A stretch of 56,757 nt of DNA, counting the filler, from Barthelona sp. PAP020 (Eukaryota): assembly GCA_040182905.1 (NCBI GenBank). It is 3 parts of 3 records of this genome, joined end to end, with 100 filler letters (N's around TTAATTAATTAA, not from the genome) between each part and the next. Parts side by side here need not be neighbours in the genome. Positions count along the whole stretch, not along the records: positions 1 to 18,948 come from JARQWU010000216.1; 2 more parts are not named here. One strand, 5' to 3'. Of the stretch, positions 1-11,700 are shown piece by piece; the first letter of the stretch is position 1, and the number at the start of each line of letters is the position of its first letter. The position numbers and the translations under genes were made by a program. A model generated the notes under the pieces. It did not search any database, was not told where the DNA came from, and saw only the letters and a program-made list of their open reading frames with translations.

Positions 1-528
1 CAGACGAGCGTTCGCATATAAAATCCCTCAATTCCCCCACCCCCACGGATGGTTTAATGAAGTCATAAATAAAATAAAAAAATTTAACAACGGAAAAGAC
101 GTTATTTCATAGTAATGATATTGAATGTTGGTGAAAGAACCCTTGTGTTCATCCAGTTTTAGCTTTGAAATGTAACCCTTTCAATCAAAATACAATCTCA
201 TCACTCAAATTACACCCCAAAAGTAGTATCAAATTCGTTTCCCTTTATTCCCAATTTTGGCCTTTCAATCAGGAAATTTTTTTTGAAATGACTAAAGATT
301 TGTGGCTTATATGAATACCATTAATTAAGAACACCAATTTTGGAGGAATGTTGCTTTTCAAATTCTTTTAAATTTTTGAAATGATTTATTCCCATATTTC
401 CATTCATGAAAGCTTTAAGTTGTAACATATCCCTGGAGTGAAAGCAAAAATGGTTCAATTTTTCTTAACCTGGAAATAAACAAATGAAAAAATAAAACCA
501 ATATTTACAAAAGCATGAACATATTCTG

Positions 529-3500
529 TTAAACTTGATCAATGGGGAAAAAAACCAACATTTTTGAATCAACACCAGTTGAGATCAAATGATTATCTAT
601 CCAAAATAAGTCTAAAACACCTCTTTTTGGTTTATGAATGCTTTTAAAAACTCTTATATTACCTTTATGACATTTGGTAAAATCAGCAATAACTCCATAA
701 TTACTAGCATTTAAGACAATGATCGTTCCATCTAAAGAACCTACTGCAATCATGCTATGTAAATTATTTATACTCATTGCATGTATGGCAGATTTTTGAA
801 TATTGCTAGAGAAGATTCGTTTGAAAATACAATTGTCTTCAATAAAATATACATACAATGTACCAATTGAATCACCAAATAAAATGGTTTGAATTTTTTG
901 GTCATATAATACACAAGTAATATCATTTTTCATATTCAATGAATTAATGATACGATGATCACAATTGAGCATAAAATCCAGCAAATAACAATTGATTTGC
1001 CCAATCCCAACAACACAAATAATCGTATTTGTAATAAAACAAATGTCTGTTATATATTTTAAATTATCAAGATTGATACCACAAAAATATTTTAAAACAA
1101 CAAAACTTTTGGAATTTTCAAAAGTTTCACAAGGTTTAATATATACGTTTCTCAACAATTTTTGAAGACAATAGACCAACACTATATTTTGAATGGCTAC
1201 TATGACAAAATTTCCATCTTTTGAAAATACTACCTTGACAATTTCATTCTTGTTGCTATTATTCAAAATTGGAGATTCCAATTCCCAAAATGATTGTTCA
1301 GAGAGTTTGGATGTCTCAGAATCAATAAAAGTTAAATAAGCACCATCAATAGTACCCACAACAATTAGCCCAATATAGGGATGCAAATCCATTGATAATA
1401 TGGGAGAGTTCAAAAAGAATTTTTCAGTAAAATTTTGATCAGTAATCAAAGGTGTGGGAGATAAAGGAGGAACAGAATTCAATGTTAATGTTGGTGAAAC
1501 TGAATGCGATCTTGTAGAGGGAGATCTAGCTTCAGCAGGAAGTGTTGAATACGTTGGTTGAATTTGAGGAGTTGAAGGAACTTCAGTTGTCTTGTAAATT
1601 TCTAGTTCATAATCAATAGGAGTAGTTTCATCTTCATTTGCCTCACTTATGACGTTATCAATAACAAGAGAGTTTTCAATTGAAATGGTTGGGAAATCTG
1701 AATTTACTTCAATTTTAGGTTGATTATCAGTATCAAATTTTAATTCAGTCAAAGGACCTTGATTTCTGGTTGATATTTCTGAAGGAGTGAAAGGGGATAC
1801 ATCAATATCACCAAAATATGAGCTTTGTTTTGAATCTCTAAAACCCATTGAGGTGTCAGTAAAAGCATCTGAAATATTACTGTTATCCACAGAATCAGAA
1901 TAAATGGGTAATTGTCTGAGGAAAAATTCTGGTGGAATTTCAAAGATTTCTAAACCATGTGAAGTGGCCAAAATTAATGAATTATCAAACAACTTTAAAT
2001 TAAAAACAATTGAATTTTTGAGGGTATTCGTTGCAATATTCAAGATTCTTGGAGTTGGATAAAATGTTTCAATGGATATTGATGGAATGGTCCTTGAATA
2101 TATTGCATATTGATTAATAATATTATAAATAATTTTTTCAGCAAAATTACACATGGAAGAAACCAATGGAGCAGTCAGATATTGTTCAAACGACTGAATT
2201 AAAGGTAATAATACAGTTGATTGATTGGTTAATACCTCCTTAAACATAGTCATAACTAGATGATAGGATGATGTTAAACGGTCTGGGATTTTATGAAAGA
2301 ATCGAACTGGATATGTTGAGTTTAATAATTGAAAATGATAACCGATTTTGCAAGCACTGACTAAATCATTTTCATTTACAAGGCATAAAAATATTGCAAG
2401 GAAGAAAGCTAGTGCATCAAAAAATTCCTTAGTATTGTAAGGACTGTGTGAACCAAAGATAGATTTTCGTTCATCGTGATGATCTTTAGAAAAATCAAAA
2501 GAATCATTCATGCTATTATTGATATCATATGACAATAAAGAAGCAAAATTATCAATGACTTCAAATGTTGCTGAATCTTCATCAACACCAAGATTTATCC
2601 TTTGAATCAATAGATTCATGTTACGATCTTGATAATCCTTGATTAAAGAACACAGCAAACTATCATCAAAGTTAGCAAAATAGTTATATTTCAATAGATC
2701 ATTCATATCACAGTAATAGTGACTTTTTAAAAGATCAACACCAAGGTTCTTCTGTAATTCAAGAATGTTTTGCAGATACAACTTATTGAAATTTAATATT
2801 TCAAACATTTCAAACATTTTAAAAAAATGGATATTTGAGAAATACAGAAAGACATTCAAACACTGATTAAATAAAAAGATTAAATCGAACAATGTCTTAT
2901 TTTTCAATTTGAACATTTCGTTAGCGTGATATATGAGACCAAATAAATTGTATTGTTCTCGAGCATTGATGATCCTATTTGCAAGAATTTCCCGTTTCTT
3001 TTCTTCAATAAATTCAGTTTCAAATCCTAGCCTTTGATTGATTAATGGGTCATTTAAACAATACCATGAGAAAGATTCATGTGTTTCATCATAATCTTTT
3101 ATCAAATTCTTGATCTCTTGCATATTTCCATCCAAATGATCCATTGATGTTATTTCATACCTGGAGAAATCTTCAATTAACGGTAAATCAATTTGAAAAA
3201 TACGATGAATCAAGATAATAAAAGATAAACCAATCTTTCTCTCCAATCTTTTCAACGCAATATTAAAAGCAGATGCATAGTCTTTACAAATCAAAAAGAA
3301 AGCAATGGCTAAGAAATATTTCCCTTTGGACACACTTGCAAATGCGTTGGCACTGCACATCTTCAAAAATTTCTTTTCAGGAAGGTTAAAAAACTTTTCC
3401 AAAGGTTTTTCATTCAATGAACGGCATATTCCACTCATTTCATCAACTCTTCCAAGTAATACCAAATAAATCAAAATTGATAATGGTTCTCCTTCGATTC

Positions 3501-6500
3501 TTAATTGCTGTTTCCAAAAAGTTTCCAAAAGTTCCAAAATATTTTGTTTAGATTTGAACCACAGGGGTAATTCAAATGATAAAAGATCTTCCAATGAATT
3601 AATCCCCAAAATTCTTTGAAATAAGAGTTGATCATCCACAACACTAGCCATTATACAAAATACTTCAGTATTTCTATACCTTAATGCTAATAGAATATCA
3701 AGAGGACAATTATCTCCATCTTTTAAAACTTTGGAAACTTCAAGAACCTTTTCTTTTGAAAGCTTTATGGTTTCAAATGGACAGTTATAATCATAGTGTT
3801 TTAAAACTTCAGCAAATTGATGAAAAATTGATTTATCAAAGTCATTTGAGTGAATATCATTTTCAACAACAATCTCAATTGGGGGTAATTCATGTGAATT
3901 TTCCTCTTCTACAACTGTCTCTTCCAAGCCAGTTTGTAAAAAATCTTCAAACATTGAACAATGCTGATATCCATCATCATTTAAAAATGAATCAGCAAAG
4001 GAATCAATTGACACTGAATTTAATCCAAGATCAGAAGCAGAATCATTGGAAAAAACAGAAGAAACACCATAAGAAGGGTTAAATCCACCAAAAAACATAT
4101 TACTCAAGTCAGATTGAAGACCTTTACCAATATTAGATTGATTGTCATAAGAAGTCAATACATCCAGTCTATTATAAGATCCATATGTGCTAGCCAAATC
4201 TAATTCATTTGACTTATTTTTATCTTCAGTAGAAATAGCAAAATCTGAAAAATTCAAAGAGAGATTATATAATAAAGCTACGATCTGATTATAAGGAGCA
4301 TAATCAATAGTGTTGATATCTAAAAAACCATCCAAACAGTTACAAAGAAGAATTTCACAAATACTGGTAAACTTCCCAAAATTACAATCATTGAAAAATG
4401 AGTCAATCGTTTCATCATTAAATAAGGCATTTTTGGAACTAATAGCAGTAGAATGAATGGAGAGTTGATGTTTTTGCAAAACAAATTGCTTTTTGCATCT
4501 ATCAACCCAAAGAATATAAGTATTATTCAATGTTGAAGTGAATAATTCTATTTCAGAATCAACCTCAAATTGAAGGTCAGAATTAGCATCAAAATCAAAA
4601 TCAAAGAAACGAATATCTTCATAAAAATCAAGCATAATACCTTTAGAAGTCTCTAAAGCATTTGGATTATCAAAATGTAATAACCTTTTTATTTTCCCTG
4701 GTATTATGTAACCAGAATTGTTAATCATACTATATAAAAATTTGGAAGTAGAATTATTGGAATTTGCTGAAAAGGACAAGTGAAATTGGGATATCGTTTG
4801 ATCTTGATTCAAAACAATCAATTTCAAATCTTTGGTAATGTTTAAATCAATAATATCGTCAAACAATATATTAGTTTGTATTGTTAACCCTTGATATTTT
4901 GATTCATCTTCAAAATCTCTAAAAGATACTTGAATAAACCCATTTGAATCAAGATGAAATAAAATTAGGCAATTTAAAAATGGATTTAAACTAACTCTGA
5001 GTAAATTTATGTCCCCAGAAAATTGAATGTTTGAGCTTGTTTGGGATTCATGAATAGATAAGTTTTCTTTTGTCATTTGATTTAAACAATTAGAATTGTC
5101 AATTGTAAACATCTTAACCGTGCTTGTTTCAATATTAAACAGGCAAATTTGATCAGTTCCAGTCCAAAACACATCTATAGAAAAGAAATTTTCATTCAAA
5201 AATGATTTATTCCAATCATTAACGGAAAAAAAAATCTCAAAATTTAATTCAAGAAAAATAACAGTTAAGATGCCTTGAAACCTATCAAAATATGCAAACC
5301 AAGGCTTACAAGAATGCCATGCCCAAGGATAAGCACAAAAAGCATCCAAAGGCTTTTTTAATTGCGTTTGCTTTGAATCAAAACAAATTAACGGAATACT
5401 CTTTATGCACGAAACCAAAGTAAAATTTTCAACTTTATTTTCATGTGTAGAATATACAAGCTCATGTGAATTTCCAGATATATCTGTATTTATAGGTAAT
5501 GCACATATTTGGAGAGTATTATGAGAATCAACAAAAACAAAGTAAGGAAAACAGGGGTGTAATTCAAGAAAACTCATTTTATCATCACATAAAACATATT
5601 TATTAGAAAGCATTTCAGCATCTTTAACCTTTTCATCACTTAAAAAAAGAATATCGTTATTATAAAAAATCAAATCGAAATAAATGGATAACAAAGACTT
5701 AACAATGGTTAAATGGTTGTTATTCAATATATACACATTTAAAAAAACATCTGTTGGTAACTTTTGCAAAAATAATTGTTTGTAAATTTCATTCACAATA
5801 GATTTTTCATTTGATTTATTGAAACTCAATCCAGTAATTAAAAATGAAGAATAGAGGATCGAGTCTCTAAAATTTGATGCTTTTGAATCTGCAAATTTAT
5901 ATTTGCAAACAGGTCTAATTTTTAAATTTGAACAATTCTTACATATACCTATCAAACCTAAGATCATTATATATTCATCATTTGCTAATGAAAAAAAATA
6001 AATATTATTATATTTGTTGTCATATTGTTGTGGTAATAAAACAGAATTGACAAAGTCATTGGAATTAACTTTAGTTGCATCAGTTTTATAATTTAAACAT
6101 CTATAAAACGATATAATGTTATCGTTTGTTACTTTTGAAGTAAAAAACATCAAATTCTGACTTTTTGTTAATAGAACAATTATGTGAGACATGCTATTCT
6201 TTTTATAGTTCGTTGTTCGATCACTATTGAAATGACCAGTAATGTTGGCATTGTTTGGCGAAGATAAAATGGTAAAATCAATAATATTCTCACCAGAGGT
6301 TGGAATCAAAAAATAATCGAGTTCATTGTGCTCAAAAACTCTATTATTAAATGAAAAACCGCCTTCAATTGAGTCCATTGTCTTATTTAATCTTAAATTC
6401 TCAATTAGTAAGTCAGTATCTTGTTTTGACATTTTAAATGGTAAAGAATCATAATATAATACAAATACAAACCGTTTAGATATGATAAAAAGTAAAGGCA

Positions 6501-7095
6501 AATTATTATCATATAAAAAATTGTCGACAAATGTAGCATAAACTAATTCACTAAAATCAACTGATGATATAGCAAAAATCATCAATTCTGCATTCACTAA
6601 ACTGTATTGATATATTACTAAATTAGTCTTGGATGAATAATGTTCAAGAGTATCTAAACCATATTTAGATTCAGGTTCATTTGATTCATTAGATGTTTTT
6701 GTTTCGGTTTTATTCAAAAACAATCCAATATATATGACATCAGTATTTCGATGTAAATTACTTTTTGTAATCGAACAGTAAAAAGATTCAGGTAAATCTT
6801 TTATAACAGTTACTTCTCTCAAATAAAAAAAATTAAATGATATTGCAGTGGAATCAATCAATAATTCAAAAATAAATATTTTATTTGTGTTAAATAAATA
6901 TATATTTCCTTGATAATCAGTCAACAATTGTGTAGAATCTTTGTTATTATGATTAAATTCAGAAGATAATTCTTTTGAAGTGATAAATCCTTCTCCACCA
7001 GTTATTATCAATTGTCTCTCTTTTAAAACACATAAAAACGTTTGATCATATCTGATTATTTCAATTGATGTCAAATTTTTCGAAGTATTTAACAT
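529..7095 (-). CDS. RAV1: Rav1/DmX-like (rabconnectin-3 alpha) WD40 scaffold of the RAVE V-ATPase assembly complex, 2188 aa
   Basis: Central ELPLWF...IYLVLLGR...KFF...ANAFASVSKGKYFLAIAFFLICKDYASAFNIALKRL matches the Rav1p_C signature (KNAF.L..K.RF..AAAFFLL). C-terminal WD40 repeats (LFGDSIG, AVGSLDG, ISTGVDS) and beta-rich N-terminus. Confidence 0.8.
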   Translation of the reverse strand: MLNTSKNLTSIEIIRYDQTFLCVLKERQLIITGGEGFITSKELSSEFNHNNKDSTQLLTDYQGNIYLFNTNKIFIFELLIDSTAISFNFFYLREVTVIKDLPESFYCSITKSNLHRNTDVIYIGLFLNKTETKTSNESNEPESKYGLDTLEHYSSKTNLVIYQYSLVNAELMIFAISSVDFSELVYATFVDNFLYDNNLPLLFIISKRFVFVLYYDSLPFKMSKQDTDLLIENLRLNKTMDSIEGGFSFNNRVFEHNELDYFLIPTSGENIIDFTILSSPNNANITGHFNSDRTTNYKKNSMSHIIVLLTKSQNLMFFTSKVTNDNIISFYRCLNYKTDATKVNSNDFVNSVLLPQQYDNKYNNIYFFSLANDEYIMILGLIGICKNCSNLKIRPVCKYKFADSKASNFRDSILYSSFLITGLSFNKSNEKSIVNEIYKQLFLQKLPTDVFLNVYILNNNHLTIVKSLLSIYFDLIFYNNDILFLSDEKVKDAEMLSNKYVLCDDKMSFLELHPCFPYFVFVDSHNTLQICALPINTDISGNSHELVYSTHENKVENFTLVSCIKSIPLICFDSKQTQLKKPLDAFCAYPWAWHSCKPWFAYFDRFQGILTVIFLELNFEIFFSVNDWNKSFLNENFFSIDVFWTGTDQICLFNIETSTVKMFTIDNSNCLNQMTKENLSIHESQTSSNIQFSGDINLLRVSLNPFLNCLILFHLDSNGFIQVSFRDFEDESKYQGLTIQTNILFDDIIDLNITKDLKLIVLNQDQTISQFHLSFSANSNNSTSKFLYSMINNSGYIIPGKIKRLLHFDNPNALETSKGIMLDFYEDIRFFDFDFDANSDLQFEVDSEIELFTSTLNNTYILWVDRCKKQFVLQKHQLSIHSTAISSKNALFNDETIDSFFNDCNFGKFTSICEILLCNCLDGFLDINTIDYAPYNQIVALLYNLSLNFSDFAISTEDKNKSNELDLASTYGSYNRLDVLTSYDNQSNIGKGLQSDLSNMFFGGFNPSYGVSSVFSNDSASDLGLNSVSIDSFADSFLNDDGYQHCSMFEDFLQTGLEETVVEEENSHELPPIEIVVENDIHSNDFDKSIFHQFAEVLKHYDYNCPFETIKLSKEKVLEVSKVLKDGDNCPLDILLALRYRNTEVFCIMASVVDDQLLFQRILGINSLEDLLSFELPLWFKSKQNILELLETFWKQQLRIEGEPLSILIYLVLLGRVDEMSGICRSLNEKPLEKFFNLPEKKFLKMCSANAFASVSKGKYFLAIAFFLICKDYASAFNIALKRLERKIGLSFIILIHRIFQIDLPLIEDFSRYEITSMDHLDGNMQEIKNLIKDYDETHESFSWYCLNDPLINQRLGFETEFIEEKKREILANRIINAREQYNLFGLIYHANEMFKLKNKTLFDLIFLFNQCLNVFLYFSNIHFFKMFEMFEILNFNKLYLQNILELQKNLGVDLLKSHYYCDMNDLLKYNYFANFDDSLLCSLIKDYQDRNMNLLIQRINLGVDEDSATFEVIDNFASLLSYDINNSMNDSFDFSKDHHDERKSIFGSHSPYNTKEFFDALAFFLAIFLCLVNENDLVSACKIGYHFQLLNSTYPVRFFHKIPDRLTSSYHLVMTMFKEVLTNQSTVLLPLIQSFEQYLTAPLVSSMCNFAEKIIYNIINQYAIYSRTIPSISIETFYPTPRILNIATNTLKNSIVFNLKLFDNSLILATSHGLEIFEIPPEFFLRQLPIYSDSVDNSNISDAFTDTSMGFRDSKQSSYFGDIDVSPFTPSEISTRNQGPLTELKFDTDNQPKIEVNSDFPTISIENSLVIDNVISEANEDETTPIDYELEIYKTTEVPSTPQIQPTYSTLPAEARSPSTRSHSVSPTLTLNSVPPLSPTPLITDQNFTEKFFLNSPILSMDLHPYIGLIVVGTIDGAYLTFIDSETSKLSEQSFWELESPILNNSNKNEIVKVVFSKDGNFVIVAIQNIVLVYCLQKLLRNVYIKPCETFENSKSFVVLKYFCGINLDNLKYITDICFITNTIICVVGIGQINCYLLDFMLNCDHRIINSLNMKNDITCVLYDQKIQTILFGDSIGTLYVYFIEDNCIFKRIFSSNIQKSAIHAMSINNLHSMIAVGSLDGTIIVLNASNYGVIADFTKCHKGNIRVFKSIHKPKRGVLDLFWIDNHLISTGVDSKMLVFFPIDQV

Positions 7096-7140
7096 ATCTT
7101 CAGTGATAAGTCAACAAAAAAAAATTCACACTTTTTACAT

Positions 7141-7818
7141 TTACAAATACATGATAACAGCAAATAAAATAAGTACTAATAATAAAACAAACAGCCATTG
7201 ACAGCAACCAATTTGTTCTCTTTCAACAATTTCTGCTTTCTCTATCCCATGTTTTAATCTCTGATCAGTATTATTTACACGCTTTTGAACATGTCCAGCA
7301 ACATCTTCATAAACCTCAATATCTTCAGAAGTATCCATTGTAACATCTTTTAATGTTCTGACACTATTCAACATTTGTTTTGCTAATTTATCCTGATGAT
7401 CTAATTGGTCATCTAACATTTGAGTAACATTTTGAGAGTCACCAATTCTTAGTCTCTCACGTTCGCTTTCAGTCAATTCATATGTCAATTCTGGGGTAAT
7501 ATTTGAACCACCTTGAACACGTGCAGTTATGTCAACAATATCTCTTTCAAACCGAGACATTTGATCAGTCCAACTTTGTAATTGATGATGTTCAATTGAA
7601 ATATCCTGTTTGGAATAATAATCAATTGATTTCTTAATTCTATCGATATCTGGTCTCATATTATGAATATCAGTAATAATTCGTGCACACATTCGAGCAT
7701 TTTCAGACATAATAATAGAATCTCCCATTTTTGTCAAAATTCCCTTGATTTGTCTTATTTGGTCTGAAATAGCATCAATGGCTCTTCCTATCTGAAGAGT
7801 AGTCAATGGTCTGGTCAT
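7141..7818 (-). CDS. Qc-type SNARE (syntaxin-6/8-like), tail-anchored
   Basis: 225 aa. Helical N-terminus, SNARE-like heptads (QLDHQDKLAKQMLNSVRTLKDVTMDTSEDI), CC followed by a C-terminal transmembrane helix WLFVLLLVLILFAVIMYL. Confidence 0.75.
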   Translation of the reverse strand: MTRPLTTLQIGRAIDAISDQIRQIKGILTKMGDSIIMSENARMCARIITDIHNMRPDIDRIKKSIDYYSKQDISIEHHQLQSWTDQMSRFERDIVDITARVQGGSNITPELTYELTESERERLRIGDSQNVTQMLDDQLDHQDKLAKQMLNSVRTLKDVTMDTSEDIEVYEDVAGHVQKRVNNTDQRLKHGIEKAEIVEREQIGCCQWLFVLLLVLILFAVIMYL

Positions 7819-7996
7819 TTTTAGACAAAATATTTTACAAGAAAACTAGATCTCCCTTTCAATCATTGAACTTTTATGATTACGATACATGATGAAAGTA
7901 TTATATTGTTAGAACGTATTTTACATCTTTTTTTGGTTCCTGTAAAGATGATACTGTTTTTGGTGATTTTTTTTTTGTCAACATTTTTTACTATTT

Positions 7997-8470
7997 ATGA
8001 TCCATTTTATTCTTCTGCAAAATCAACAAGGAAAAACTAGATTTTGCAAATATTACAGTCCAATGACTGAAATTGAAAAAAGACAAACTGAAGAAGAGAC
8101 TTTGAGATTAATTTTATCGAGAAGTAGTGAATCAGCAAATATCGTTGATGTATCTTATTTTTTGTTGTATTAATTTGCTAATGTTTAGTATAAAGATTTA
8201 AGATTGGTTTATCGAAAATATCAATCATTATATTTCACTTTTTGTATTGATTTGTCTGATAATATTTTGATGTATTTGGAATTTATTCATTTTTTTGTTG
8301 AAACATTGGATACTTTGTTTGATCGAGTTACAGAAAAAGATTTAGTTTTTGGTTTTCATCATTTATACGCTATTGTAGATGAATTAATATTAGCTGGTGA
8401 AATTCAAGAAACGTCAAAAAATGTAATATTTAGTAGAATGGATGAACTCAAAGCTGCTGCGAAAATGTAG
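7997..8470 (+). CDS. AP2S1: AP-2 adaptor complex sigma subunit; two exons 7997-8149 and 8189-8470 (144 aa)
   Basis: Exon 1 MIHFILLQNQQGKTRFCKYY...ANIVD joins exon 2 YKDLRLVYRKYQSLYFTFCID...DLVFGF...VDELILAGEIQETSK. The QNxxGKTR and YLExIHxFVE motifs favour sigma-2 over sigma-1. Confidence 0.88.
8150..8188 (+). other. Spliceosomal intron, 39 nt, phase 0 (GTATCT...GCTAATGTTTAG)
   Basis: GT-AG ends, an in-frame TAA inside, and removal restores a continuous AP sigma protein. Branch-point-like CTAAT sits just before the AG. Confidence 0.9.
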
Positions 8471-8792
8471 GAGTTATCTTTGTCAATTTTTCTTTGTTAG
8501 TAAATAATTTCTTTCTTTTGTCATCATATTCCCTATTGTAACTTTAGAGTGTGTGTGAAATTATGGATTTAGTTGTTTTTGATGACAGTAATGATTCAAA
8601 GTTCAATTTGGACATTCCTTGATCTTTTGGAAATGAAATGGTATGAATTTTTGTGTTTCATCCTTTAAAACTGTTTCGGTTAAAAAAACTACAGATGTGA
8701 TAAGAAAGAAATTGAATAAACAAACATTTATCAAAAATTAAGCATGAAGTTATAAAATTAACATTCAAATTTTTTCATTTTTATTTATTTTG

Positions 8793-11700
8793 TTAATGTT
8801 CCAATTTTTTTAAAAGTTTAAACTTTTCTGAAAAAATTTTCTTTTCATTAACATCATCAAATTGCTCATCATCAAATTTGATTGAGTCTTGAACTTTCCA
8901 AAAGTCACCATCTTCCAAATACTCAGTTTGAACTTGTTCGTTATCAGTAATTGGTTCTTCAAAATCACTTATATATTCTTCAATAGCATCATCTTCAACA
9001 GATGAATTCTCTTCCACTTTTTGGAATTCATCCTTGAATAAATCTCTTTCAAGATCGTTTTCTTCTTCTTCTTCTTCTTCTTCTTCTTCTTCTTCTTGCT
9101 CTTCTGAATCTGAATTTGCTGATTCGACTGTGTTAACTACCTCTTCTTCTATTTCTTCTTCTTCTTCTTCTGATTCAACAACTTCTTCCTCTTCTTCTTT
9201 TAATTCATCTGATTCCTCTTTTTCTTCGTTCGAGTCTGTCCTATCTTCACTTTCCACTTCAATTTCACTATCCTCTTGTTCTTCCTCAAGATATCCAAAC
9301 TCCTCTTGTTCTACTTCTTCATCTTCATTATCAGAAGTAATTATATCTTTGGTAACATCTTTGGTAAGATCATCCTCATTAATAATTGATGTTTCAGGAA
9401 TTGCAGATGAATTTTCAATGTGGCTCTTCTTTGGAGATTCTTTTAAAATAGCTTGGTGTACATCAAAAGCTGGTTCCGAATCAACTTCAATGTTCTGTGG
9501 TTCTTTAAGATCCACAATTGTAACTTCTTCGTGTTCATCTGATAAGATATGAGATAATTTTTCCTTAGTTTCTTCAGTTTCATCCACTAATTTTGCTTCC
9601 TTGTCAATCTTCAATTCTAAATCAACTTTAAGGTTCTCAGTTTGATCAATAAGTTTACTTTTGTCATCAGTTTCATTATTGACTTCATCTTTTGATTTGG
9701 TTGAAGGAACAATACTTTTTATTTCTTTATCAGCAGATGATTTATCACTGATGCGATTTTCTTCCTCTTTAATTTCAACTTCAGAAACATTTTCTTTGTC
9801 CACCAAGTCTACCGATATTTCCATTGGCAAATCTGTCTCTATTGTTTCTATTGTTTCTTCTTCTTCTTCCGGTTCTTCTTCTTCTTCTTCATCTTCTTGT
9901 TGTTGTTCAATTTGATCGAGCTCTTTGGATTGATCAGTTAAAATTTCCTTTTGCTTAAATTGATCATCCTTTGCTTCAATTTTTTCACTAAATTGATTGG
10001 AAGTAACAGTTGATATGTCAGACAACATTGGAGATGATATAAGCTCCTTTGAATTCATATCTTCAGACACTTTCTTTGATTTGACTGAAACATTTGTCAC
10101 TTGAGACTGATTCAACGGGATTTTTATAAATATTTTGCAATGTTTATTGTATTCTTTTCCTTCAAAAATTGTAGGGAATGACTTATTTCTTTTTGATTCA
10201 ACCTTTTTCAAACATAAATAAGCAAAACACGAGAAAATTCTGAAATAATCATTGAGTTCACTTTTTGGCAAAACGTTGGCATGAATACCCAAATGGTCCA
10301 ATAATCTGTTACCATGAACTTCATTCGACTTTAATCCTTCAACAATATCCTTGAAATCTTCAATAGGTGAAAATGCCAACATTTTAAGAGCTGTTTGCAT
10401 TACATTGGTGTAATTCTTTTTGTGATCTTTCACTTTACGTTTGATAAGATTAAATAGGTCTTTGCTCTCCACAATATTAACAAATTTATCAGCCAAAACA
10501 TTCAAAAACATTTGAACATCATCTATTTCAACACTCTTTATCTTGGTAACAACTTCATCCTTCCTTTTAGCTTTAAATACTTTGAGTTTATTGTTAGCTG
10601 AATTGGATTTCTGTTCGAGATCTTGTGTGTTATCAACAATAACGTTCTCTTTCTCTTTGGGTTTAATCAACTCAAGCTCGATTTTTGATTTTTTAAATGT
10701 TGGGTTTTTGGGAGAAATTTTCTGCTTTGAAGGTGTTTCTTTCACAATTACGGGTTTACTTTCTTCAAAATCTTCCTTTTTATTTTCTTCATGAACTAAC
10801 AATTTTTTGGAGATCATTGAAGTTTCTTTAATAGGCAGAACAATTTCTGAATCAGGTTTTCTCTTCAAAGTACTTCTAACCTTATGTTTCAATTGAACAT
10901 TAGAAAAGGTACGAGTTTTATCTTTTTCATGTGGAACAATGTCTTGTACCACTTTTGATAACTCAGTAAACATAGTACTTAACTCCACATTTTCACGTGC
11001 TAATGCATCCATACGTTCTTGGGCTATCTCAAAAGAATCCGTTATTTGACTAACAACGTTTGCTTTCATCTTCAAATTCACAATGGAACGTTTTAAATCA
11101 TCAATTTCTTCTTTATCTTCATTAATCATTTGCTGTAATCTCATGATTTCATCATCTTTTTCTTCAATACATCGCAACAATTTATTTATTTGCTTCTCTT
11201 TTTCCATACAATTATTTTCTAAATCAGATAAAAAGTTTAACTCATGTTGACGAATCATCAATGAACGATTATGTTCATTCGTCATTTGTAGCATTTCTTT
11301 CAACATGGAAACATTAGTCACATCTTCGTCTATCTTCTTTTCAGTAATCCTAACCACTTGCAATCTTTGAACATCAGACTTTAAATTTGCTATAATTCTG
11401 ACTTGATCCTCAATTAATTTGTTCATATTCTTTTTATTAGCATTATATTCATTCAATATATCCTCATTTCTTTGTCTCAACCGTTCATTTTGCAAATATA
11501 ATAACTTAACTGCAATGGCTTCAGGTGTATTCGACAAATCAACAATATCAAGACTACGAGAATAATCTTCTGGCTGCACATGAATATCTTTAGATTCCAA
11601 TATATACGACATTGAATCACGTTGACTCAACAATTCAGTCATTAATTCTTCTTGTTTTTGTCGTTCAATTTCTATTGATTCTAAAATTTCTGTATATGTT

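Noticed and set aside
24..37. 14-nt inverted match to the dispersed repeat (GGGGAATTGAGGGA, 38743-38756)
   Set aside because: Too short, and the flanks do not extend the alignment.
9034..10794. Ser-rich plus-strand ORFs (172, 84, 83 aa) and the other short ORFs nested in or antisense to long genes
   Set aside because: Shadow frames of Glu-rich or repeat-coding genes; no independent protein signal.
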